From IMG/VR virus record IMGVR_UViG_3300036832_001295, positions 1-64,000 of that record: DNA of 64,000 nt, one strand, 5' to 3'. The translations under genes and the position numbers were made by a program. Below the pieces are notes generated by a model. The model saw only the letters and a program-made list of their open reading frames with translations, ran no database searches and had not been told where the DNA came from. Shown here in pieces: positions 30,897-38,504 of the stretch (position 1 is its first letter; every line of letters begins with the position of its first letter). Source of the DNA: a virus.

Positions 30897-31562
30897 TTAG
30901 CCCATCACGCAGACGTGCAGCATGTAGGTCTGGCTCTTCTCCTTGATCTGGATCGTCTGTGGGTGGAACGCCTCCGGGCAGAACGGACCGGCGGGCCCCT
31001 GCGGTCCTTGGACACCTTGCTTGCCCCGCGGGCCCGGTGCGCCACGTGGTCCGGCGGGACCCGCGGCCCCTTGTTTGCCGGTGGCCCCACGCTGGCCCTG
31101 TGCGCCCTGCTGTCCGGTCGCGCCGCGTGCCCCCTGCTGCCCGGTCGCGCCCTGCTGTCCTTGTGCGCCACGCGCTCCCGCGGCACCCTGGGCACCGGAC
31201 GCGCCGGGTGCGCCTTCGGGGCCTACCCTCCCAGGTTGGCCGGAGGTCCCCGGCGCTCCGTTGCGTCCCGCCGAGCCGGTTGCCCCGCTGGCCCCGGGAC
31301 TGCCTGCCGTCCCGGCTGGCCCGCTCGGCCCGGCACTGCCGGGGGTGCCGTTGGGTCCCATCAGCCCGGCACTGCCCGCCGGTCCCGGTGACCCGGCCGG
31401 ACCGGCAGGACCGCGGGGGCCGGGAATCCCGGCGTTGGCCTGCGCCTGCTTCTGGCCCAGCACCAGCGCCGCGACCGAGACGCTCAGCAGCAGCCCGGCG
31501 ATGATGAACGCCGCGCTAGCTTTGCCGAAGATCCGGTCCGCCCAACTCGTCACCTGGTTCAT
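30897..31562 (-). CDS. membrane-anchored collagen-like protein
   Basis: start ATG 31562; N-terminal TM helix, about 50 GXY triplets, C-terminal Cys pair. Confidence 0.8.
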   Translation of the reverse strand: MNQVTSWADRIFGKASAAFIIAGLLLSVSVAALVLGQKQAQANAGIPGPRGPAGPAGSPGPAGSAGLMGPNGTPGSAGPSGPAGTAGSPGASGATGSAGRNGAPGTSGQPGRVGPEGAPGASGAQGAAGARGAQGQQGATGQQGARGATGQQGAQGQRGATGKQGAAGPAGPRGAPGPRGKQGVQGPQGPAGPFCPEAFHPQTIQIKEKSQTYMLHVCVMG

Positions 31563-31824
31563 CGTCGTCCTCCTTCTCCGGTTCGGGTTCGGGCACCGCG
31601 ATGCCATGTTCGGCCAGCAGCATCATCAGTCGATAGTTGGCCAGTTCGGCCTGCACCCGACCGTGCCGCTCCTCGGCAAGCATCCCCTCGACCTCGCCTA
31701 GCTCGCCCTTGGCCGCCCGGCGTTCCTTGCTGCGCGCCGCCCGGATGGCCAGCAGCACTCCGGCGACGGCGGTGATGATCGCAGCCAGCCCGGTGACGAT
31801 GGCGACGATGTTGAAGGTGTCCAT
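31516..31824 (-). CDS. putative holin-like membrane protein
   Basis: start ATG 31824; one TM helix (FNIVAIVTGLAAIITAVAGVLLAI) plus coiled coil; directly downstream of the lysin. Confidence 0.6.
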   Translation of the reverse strand: MDTFNIVAIVTGLAAIITAVAGVLLAIRAARSKERRAAKGELGEVEGMLAEERHGRVQAELANYRLMMLLAEHGIAVPEPEPEKEDDDEPGDELGGPDLRQS

Positions 31825-31841
31825 CGCCCTCCCGCCACGGT

Positions 31842-32810
31842 TCACCAGTACAAGATCCGCCACCAGGCTCGGGTGACGGTGGCCGCCTTGCTGGCCGAGA
31901 CGAGCAGTCGCAGGTTGGTCTTGTCCCCGACCGTGCCGACCTGGCTGTAGACGAACTCGCTGCTGGCGGTGGGGGCGGCCAGCAGCTGCCCGCGCGGGAA
32001 GATGGACTTCTGGTTGTTGCCGCGGTCCAGGTTCTGCACCTGCACGTAGAGAACGCCGTCCGGGCCGAGCCCGGCGACGTAGAGCCAGGCGGTGAGGCTG
32101 ATGAACCGGGCGGTGTTGGGCAGGATCGCCGATGCCCCGCCGGAGGCGGTTGTCGGGTTCCAGCCGTCCCACTGCAGGTAGGTGTTGGTAGGCGCGGCGG
32201 GCACCTTGGTGGGTTTCTTCGCGGAGGCGGTCAGGTACAGCTGGGCGGGCATGTCGACCTCCGGCGGGGGAGTGGGGACGGGGCTGGTGGGCAGAATCGC
32301 GGTGCCCAGCGACAGGCAGTGCTTGTAGCGGGTGGTGCGGTCGGCCAGCCCGTTCAACCCGCCGTTGATGGCCCGGGTGGCCCCGACGATGTCGCCCTGG
32401 TCGGAGAGGGTGTTCAGCTGCGGGCGGGACACCGTCCAGTACCAGACCGGGCCGAGCCAGGCCCATTGGTCGGCAGCCAGGGTGGGCGGGTGGTTGAGGA
32501 ACAGATTCGGGTCGTTGAGCAGGTTCTTGCGGGCGCACCACTGCCCGAAGGCGGCGTAGTTGTAGTCCCAGGTGATCTGGATGAAGGTGCGCCCGATGTA
32601 GGGCGGGTAGGTTGCCCCGGGCGGTGGCTGGATTTCCTGCTTGTAGCGCAGCGAGCCGGATTCATGCCCGATCTGGGCCAGGAACATGGCGGCCCGGCGC
32701 ACGTTGGTGATCTCGCCGATGACCATCGCGGCGTTGGCCCCGTTGACCAGCTGGCTGGCGCGGGGCAAGTCCAGCCCGGGCATCGCCTTGACGAGGGTGG
32801 CGGCGTCCAC
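31842..32810 (-). CDS. endolysin, glycoside hydrolase family 19
   Basis: AMFLAQIGHESG, YIGRTFIQITWDYNY and TRAINGGLNGLADR GH19 motifs. Confidence 0.9.
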   Translation of the reverse strand: MDAATLVKAMPGLDLPRASQLVNGANAAMVIGEITNVRRAAMFLAQIGHESGSLRYKQEIQPPPGATYPPYIGRTFIQITWDYNYAAFGQWCARKNLLNDPNLFLNHPPTLAADQWAWLGPVWYWTVSRPQLNTLSDQGDIVGATRAINGGLNGLADRTTRYKHCLSLGTAILPTSPVPTPPPEVDMPAQLYLTASAKKPTKVPAAPTNTYLQWDGWNPTTASGGASAILPNTARFISLTAWLYVAGLGPDGVLYVQVQNLDRGNNQKSIFPRGQLLAAPTASSEFVYSQVGTVGDKTNLRLLVSASKAATVTRAWWRILYW

Positions 32811-32895
32811 ATTCCTTCGTATGGTGCGGTGCGGGTCGGACAGGGGGGCCTTGAACCGGGACGTTTGAAACCGTCAAGAAATAGAGGCGATGGTC

Positions 32896-32996
32896 TTGCA
32901 CACCTGGCGCTGGGATGTGCTACAGTTCCTGTGTCATCGCTTCCGCGGTGCAAACCACACAGGGTTCATAACCCACTACTCAAAGCCTATAGGAGG
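32896..32996 (+). promoter_or_regulatory. putative SigA-type promoter, leader hairpin and RBS of the RAMP-like operon
   Basis: TTGCAC (32896), 19 nt, TG-n-TACAGT (32921); CCTGTGT...ACACAGG stem; AGGAGG at 32991. Confidence 0.55.
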
Positions 32997-33002
32997 CTTA
33001 CT

Positions 33003-33650
33003 ATGACCGCAGCACCTACTGCTGCTCTGCACATCCCACGCATCAACGTGGAGACCCTGCTGGTGCCGATCCTCGGGACCAGCCCGCTGCTCGTGCACCA
33101 GTGGTCCCAGAAGGCCAAGCTGCAGATGCTCAACGCGCAGCAGGGCATCAAGACCATCAAGGAACCCCGCGACCCGCAGTCGGAGTACGAGGCCAGCCTG
33201 TACCGGGCCGGGGACGACGGCTACGGCATCCCGTCGGTCGCCTTCAAGGCGGCCACCGTGTCCGCGGCCCGCGTCTACGGCAAGGCGGTCCGGATGACCG
33301 AACTGCGCCAGTTCCTGTTCTTCCGCGGCAAGATGTACAAGGGCAACAACGGCAAGTTCAGCTGCAACCAACAGCTGTTCCTGCTCGACGGCACCCCGCA
33401 GATGCGCGAAGACATGGTCACCGTCGGCATCTCCGGCACCGACCTGCGCTACCGGGGCGAGTTCACCGAGTGGTCGACCACGCTGACCGTCGAGTACATC
33501 AAGTCCTCGATCACCAAGGAGTCGGTGCTCGGCATCATCGAGGCGGCCGGAACCACCGTCGGGGTCGGCGAGTGGCGGCCGGAGAAGGACGGCGAGTTCG
33601 GCACCTTCAAGCTCGACCCGTCCCGTGAGGTGCAGGTCATCTCGGCATGA
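33003..33650 (+). CDS. RAMP/Cas7-like protein, putative effector of the GGY-NN repeat system
   Basis: 215 aa from ATG 33003 with strong RBS; RAMP-like layout ILGTSPLLVH, YGIPSVAFKAA and C-terminal G-rich loop GVGEWRPEKDGEFGTF. Confidence 0.8.
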   Translation: MTAAPTAALHIPRINVETLLVPILGTSPLLVHQWSQKAKLQMLNAQQGIKTIKEPRDPQSEYEASLYRAGDDGYGIPSVAFKAATVSAARVYGKAVRMTELRQFLFFRGKMYKGNNGKFSCNQQLFLLDGTPQMREDMVTVGISGTDLRYRGEFTEWSTTLTVEYIKSSITKESVLGIIEAAGTTVGVGEWRPEKDGEFGTFKLDPSREVQVISA

Positions 33651-34015
33651 GCGGCGACCCGCAGCAGTGGTTGCGGACGGAGTTGAAGGGGGTGCGCGTC
33701 CGGCAGGGCGCGCTCACCCCGGCCACGTTGCTGGCTGACGTGACCCAGACCGGCCCGACGCATCCGCTCTATGACCGGTTCCTGTGGTCGGTGGACACGC
33801 CGCAGGACAAGGCCCAACTGGCCCGCATGCTGATCCACGAGGCCCATCCGGAGCAGGCCTGCCGCCAGGCCACCCTGGACGAGGTACAGGCCGGGTTCGC
33901 CCGGCTGGGGTTTTCCACCGGCAGCTTGCAGACCAACTACCACCGTGAGGACCACATTCTGTTCACGGTGGACGACGCACAGCGGCTGCTGGCCGCATTA
34001 GGGGGACAGTCATGA
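33647..34015 (+). CDS. accessory protein, divergent paralog of 34012..34467
   Basis: ATGA-coupled; GALTPATLLA...HPLYDRFLW. Confidence 0.75.
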   Translation: MSGDPQQWLRTELKGVRVRQGALTPATLLADVTQTGPTHPLYDRFLWSVDTPQDKAQLARMLIHEAHPEQACRQATLDEVQAGFARLGFSTGSLQTNYHREDHILFTVDDAQRLLAALGGQS

Positions 34016-34467
34016 GCTTCTCCGCCTACGAGGCGCAGCGGGAACTGATCACGCAGCTGGAAGAGGTTCGCGAACACCGCGGCGAACTGACCCCGCAGGC
34101 GGTGTTGGCCGAGGTCGAGGAGACCGGCAAGCGGCACCCGCTCTACGACCGGTTCGAGTGGAACAACCGGGTCGCCGGGCACGGCTACCGCCTCGACCAG
34201 GCGCACCGGCTGATCATGTCCGTGAAGGTGATCTTCCGGGGACCGACCGACGAGGAACGCAAGATCCGCAAGTACGTCGCGGTGCCGCAGCCGATGGCCC
34301 ACCAACCCAACTACGAGCCGATCGAGGACGTCGCGATGGACGACCTGAAACGCAAGCTGGTGCTGCAGGACGCGGAACGGCGCTGGAAGGCGTTGCGGAC
34401 CCAGTTCGGCCACCTGCAGGAGTTCATCGACCTGGTGCTGGGCGACCTGAACGGCAAGGCCAGCTGA
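34012..34467 (+). CDS. accessory protein of the RAMP-like operon
   Basis: ATGA-coupled; GELTPQAVLA...HPLYDRFEWNN...YRLDQAHRLI. Confidence 0.8.
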   Translation: MSFSAYEAQRELITQLEEVREHRGELTPQAVLAEVEETGKRHPLYDRFEWNNRVAGHGYRLDQAHRLIMSVKVIFRGPTDEERKIRKYVAVPQPMAHQPNYEPIEDVAMDDLKRKLVLQDAERRWKALRTQFGHLQEFIDLVLGDLNGKAS

Positions 34468-34470
34468 GCT

Positions 34471-34554
34471 AAACACGCTCGGCCAGGTGCCGATCGTGTT
34501 TGTCGAGATCCGGGATGCCCAACCGCGGGGGAGGGAGCATCCCGGATCTTCGGC
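34471..34554 (+). other. two stem-loops forming the array leader
   Basis: AAACACGcTCGGC-caggt-GCCGAtCGTGTTT (34471-34501) and GATCCGGGATGC...GCATCCCGGATC (within 34502-34554). Confidence 0.7.
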
Positions 34555-34561
34555 GTCTGCG

Positions 34562-34957
34562 GGCAGGGCTTGGTTCGGCACGGTTCGGCACGGCAGGGCT
34601 GGGCAGGCACGGCAAGGCTGGGCCCGTCGAGGTTCGGCGTGGCAAGGCCCGGCAGGCCAGGCAGGGTGTGGCACGGCACGTCGTGGCGGGGTTCGGCAGG
34701 GCTGGGCAGGCAAGGCGAGGCACGGCATGGCACGGCCTGGCGCGGCCGGGCAGGCAAGGCGTGGATGGCCCGGCGGGACGTGGCAAGGCGGGGCAGGCAC
34801 GGCTTGGTTGGGCACGGCAGGGCTAGGTTCGGCATGGCGGGGCAGGCAGGGCTTGGTGCGGCCAGGCGCGGTTGGGGTTGGCGCGGTGCGGCGGGGCAGG
34901 CGTGGCACGGCTTGTCATGGCTGGGCAGGGCTGGTCTTGGCGCGGCGTGGCAGGCTG
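34562..34957 (+). repeat. GGY-NN pentamer array 1 (putative guide ncRNA, about 8 units)
   Basis: period-5 GGC/GGT plus a variable dinucleotide, interrupted every 8-10 pentamers by GGCA. Confidence 0.9.
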
Positions 34958-34999
34958 TGCCGAACAGGTCAAACGGTGATCTGGTTAGGGGGAATCGGG

Positions 35000-35446
35000 A
35001 TGAAGATTCATACGCTGTTGGCGTTGGCCGCGGCCGGGGTGTGCACCGCCGGAATGGTGGTCTTCGCGGCACCGGCCTCGGCGGCGCAGTCGGAGTTGAC
35101 CCTCAACTGCACCGGCCTCGGCATGGTGACGGTGGCGACCAACAACAACAACTCATCCGAGCACGGTGGTTGGGGCGCGGCGCAGACCGTGAACATTCCC
35201 GGGCACGGTATCGCGACCTCGTTCTCCGGCACGATTACCGACCTGGTGACCGGCACCAGCGTGAGCTTCACCCAGGTCAAGGGCAACGGCAACGCCAACC
35301 AGAACACCACCGGGCAACCCACCATGTGCTCACAGACGATCACCGGCACGGTGGTCGACTTCACCGGGGGGTTCATCCCGCCGGGCATGTCGGGCTCTGA
35401 CCCGGCCACCTTCATGCTCACGGTGGGCGTGATTTACAAGGCCTGA
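35000..35446 (+). CDS. secreted protein embedded between the two arrays
   Basis: 148 aa; Sec signal MKIHTLLALAAAG...AAPASA-A; two Cys in the mature part; GC3-rich codons. Confidence 0.8.
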   Translation: MKIHTLLALAAAGVCTAGMVVFAAPASAAQSELTLNCTGLGMVTVATNNNNSSEHGGWGAAQTVNIPGHGIATSFSGTITDLVTGTSVSFTQVKGNGNANQNTTGQPTMCSQTITGTVVDFTGGFIPPGMSGSDPATFMLTVGVIYKA

Positions 35447-35449
35447 CTC

Positions 35450-38300
35450 GGCAGGCAGGGCTTGGCGGGGCATGGTTCGGCGCGGCATGGCACGGTGTGG
35501 CAGCCAGGGCACGGCGCGGCACGGCACGGCCTGGCTCGGCGCGGCAGGCGCGGCGCGGCGCGGCGGGGTCGGGCCCGGCCTGGTGCGGCGAGACATGGCG
35601 CGGCGAGGCAGGCATGGTGTGGCTCGGCCTGGCTCGGCAAGGCAGGGCAGGCACGGCATGGTTGGGCTCGGCGCGGTTGGGCGTCGCAGGGCTTGGCAGG
35701 CAGGGCGAGGTGTGGCGGGTCCAGGCATGGCGCGGCAGGCATGGCCCGGCGCGGCTCGGTACGGCAAGGTGGGGCGTGGCAGGCGGGGTTGGGTTCGGTT
35801 TGGCATGGCGCGGTTGGGCACGGCACGGCTCGGCAGGCGTGGCTTGGCGTGTCGAGGCGGGGCTGGGTTCGCTGGGCCAGGCGGGGCAGGGCAGGCGTGG
35901 CTGGGCGGGTTCCGGCAAGGCAAGGCATGGCCAGGCAGGCACGGCCCGGTTCGGTATGGCACGTCGTGGCCAGACTTGGCTTGGCAGGCGTGGCTTGGTG
36001 TGGCACGGCCGGGTCAGGCACGGTTGGGCGCGGCAGGCTCGGCGAGGCGTGTCATGGCAAGGCTCGGCTAGGTAGGGCACGGCAGCCGAGGCCTGGTGAG
36101 GCAGGGCAACGCGAGGCATGGCTAGGCCCGGCAGTCGGGGCGTGGCATGACCCGGTGTGGCAGGTCACGGCAAGGCGTGGCGCGGCAGGCACGGCTAGGT
36201 CGGGCGCGGATCGGCGTGGCATGGCGTGGCAGCTAAGGCGCGGCGGGGCACGGCACGGCTGGCTAGGCAAGGCTCGGCCCGGTGCGGCATGGCAGGTCAG
36301 GGCAGGCGTGGCAGGGTGCGGCAGGGTCAGGCGCGGCAGGGCTAGGCGGGGCTTGGCAGGCAAACGTGGTTTAGCTGGGCCCGGCGTGCCGGGGCACGGT
36401 GGGGCGTGGCAGGCAGAGCAAGGCTCGGCTTGGTTCGGCGTGGCATGGCAGGCAGGGCTAGGCAAGGTATGACAAGGCTGGGTGCGGCATGGCGTGGCTG
36501 GCATTCGTGGTTTGGCTGGGCGGGCCGCGGCGGGGCAGGCAAGGCATGGCTTGGCATCGCATGGTGTGGCTCGGCTAGGCGCGGCAGGGCAGGCAGGCGA
36601 GGCCGGGCAGGCAGGGCTGGATTCGGCCGGGCATGGCTTGGCGCGGTTTGGCAGGCAAGGCAGGCATGGTGAGGCACGGCAGGGCACGGCGCGGCTAGGC
36701 GCGGCAGGCGAGGCAGGGCCCGGCTAGTCCAGGTGCGGCGGGTCGCGGCCGGGTTCGGCAGGGCAGGCTCGGTTGGGCTGGGCGGGGCGTGGTTTGGCAA
36801 GGCAGGGTTGGGCACGGCAGGCAGGCAGGGCGTGGTTGGGCTCGGGCGGCTGGGCACGGCAGGGCAGGCACGGCGGGTCCGGGCGAGGCTCGGCAAGGTC
36901 CGGCCTGGCGGGGTAGGGCCTGGCAGGCGAGGCGGGGTGTGGCGGGGCCTGGCGGGTCAAGGCACGTCATGGCGCGGCAGGCATGGCGAGGCAGGGCTTG
37001 GTCCGGCAGGGCACGTCCCGGCTTGGCTTGGCAGGCTCGGCCAGGCGCGGTTGGGCGAGGCATGGCAAGGCAGGGCTCGGCCAGGCAGGCATGGCCCGGC
37101 GAGACCCGGCTCGGCTCGGTGCGGCATGGCGCGGCATGGCAGGCAGGGCGCGGCGCGGCCAGGCGAGGCCGGGCTTGGCTCGGTCCGGCCTGGCGAGGCG
37201 AGGCAGGCATGGCCCGGTATGGCACGGTGCGGCACGTCCCGGCGTGGTATGGCAGCCGAGGCCCGGCTTAGCGTGGCAGGTCTTGGCGAGGCCTGGTGTG
37301 GCACGGCAAGGCAGGGCGTGGCAGGCATCGCGTGGTGTGGCACGGCCCGGTGGGGCACGGCTTGGCAGGCATCGCACGGCGCGGCATGGCAGGTCGAGGC
37401 AAAGCCTGGCGGGCACGGCAGGCATGGCCCGGTCCGGTTCGGCACCGCACGGCGGGGCATGGCAGGCATGGTTCGGCTTGGCGTGGTGTGGTGGGGCACG
37501 GCAGGGCACGGCAGGCAGGGCTCGGCGTGGTTCGGCACGGCACGGTGTGGCGTGGCTTGGCGGGCAGGGCTCGGCCGGGTTGGGTACGGCGTGGTCAGGC
37601 GAGGCGCGGCGCGGTGTGGCAGGCAGGGCTCGGTACGGCGGGGCATGGCAGGGTGTGGCTAGGCCCGGCGGGCATGGCATGGCGCGGCAAGTCCAGGCGA
37701 GGCGCGGCGAGGCGTGGCGAGGCGAGGCGAGGCAGGCAAGGCAAGGTCGGGCAGGGCACGGTATGGCCCGGTGTGGTTGGCATGGCGCGGCATGGCAGGC
37801 AGGGCGCGGCAGGCTGGGCTCGGCACGGCTAGGCGCGGCTCGGCAAGGCGTGGTGGGGCAGCCGGGGCTGGGCGAGTTGGGCATGGCCGGGCGCGGCGTG
37901 GCAGTCCAGGCAGGGCAGGACGAGGCAGGGCTAGGCGCGGCTTGGCAGGGCAGGCTTGGCCCGGCGGGGCATGGTTGGGCTAGTCAAGGTCGGGCATGGC
38001 AGGCAGGGCAGGGCTTGGCCCGGCAACGCAGGGCTTGGCCCGGCGCGGCAGGCACGGCAGGGTTAGGCGGGGCGGGGTCCGGCTAGGCCTGGCAGGCAAG
38101 GCGGGGCAGGTCCCGGCTTGGTTGGGCACGGCTCGGCGCGGCAGGCGTGGCAGAGTTCGGCGAGGCTAGGCGTGGCAAGGCCCGGCTAGGCAGCCACGGC
38201 GGGGCCTGGCCAGGCATGGCAAGGTGAGGTGCGGCGCGGCATGGCAGGCGTGGCTTGGCGTGGCACCGTGTGGCCACGCGTGGCACGGCACGGCAGGCTC
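35450..38300 (+). repeat. GGY-NN pentamer array 2 (putative guide ncRNA, roughly 55-60 units by hand estimate)
   Basis: about 2.85 kb of period-5 GGY-NN with GGCA (occasionally GGCT/GGCG) punctuation; strong G skew; no coherent ORF. Confidence 0.92.
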
Positions 38301-38317
38301 GGAAAACCGGGCCTGCC
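38292..38317 (+). terminator. stem-loop closing the array
   Basis: GGCAGGCTCGG-AAAA-CCGGGCCTGCC, 11 bp stem with one G-U pair, at a convergent junction; no U-tract. Confidence 0.65.
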
Positions 38318-38320
38318 CGC

Positions 38321-38494
38321 TCACCCCTCGCTGTCGCTGCACCCCACGTCGCGGTACTCCACCTCGGTCGTCTGGCTCGGCGGGTCCACCTGCGGGTAGT
38401 CGTAGTCCTCGACCAGGTCGAAGCGTTCCTCCTCGTAGGAGGTCTCCGGCGGCGGCGGCTCCTCGGTCGGCTCCGGGATCGGCACCTCGCTCAT
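38321..38494 (-). CDS. small acidic protein
   Basis: 57 aa from ATG 38494 with GGGAGAG RBS. Confidence 0.55.
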   Translation of the reverse strand: MSEVPIPEPTEEPPPPETSYEEERFDLVEDYDYPQVDPPSQTTEVEYRDVGCSDSEG

Positions 38495-38504
38495 CGTCTC
38501 TCCC

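Noticed and set aside
32319-33002. N-terminal extension of the 443 aa ORF-track call for the RAMP-like gene
   Set aside because: Overlaps the GH19 lysin antisense; the promoter and AGGAGG support ATG 33003.
34602-34650. Contiguous reading of one unit's NN ends in TCGTAACC, also present in promoter spacers near 57253 and 60964
   Set aside because: Only 8 nt match and the rest of the unit does not; probably chance. I found no convincing self-target in the window by eye.
37142-37201. Unit decoding to SSSGEKRSWAAL (ABC signature-like); others resembling helicase motifs (VLVPT, IVVTPG)
   Set aside because: Partial matches with plausible readings in both orientations; too weak without a search.
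34469-38286. Dozens of overlapping Arg/Gly/Ala/Trp- or Pro/Cys-rich ORFs on both strands
   Set aside because: Artefacts of the stop-poor pentamer repeat; period 5 does not fit codon structure and no RBS is evident. Only 35000..35446 looks like a real gene.
34562-38300. Classical CRISPR array, or simple microsatellite/G-quadruplex tract
   Set aside because: No identical 25-40 nt direct repeats with spacers. The NN positions are diverse rather than homogenised as slippage would produce, and the punctuation is regular.
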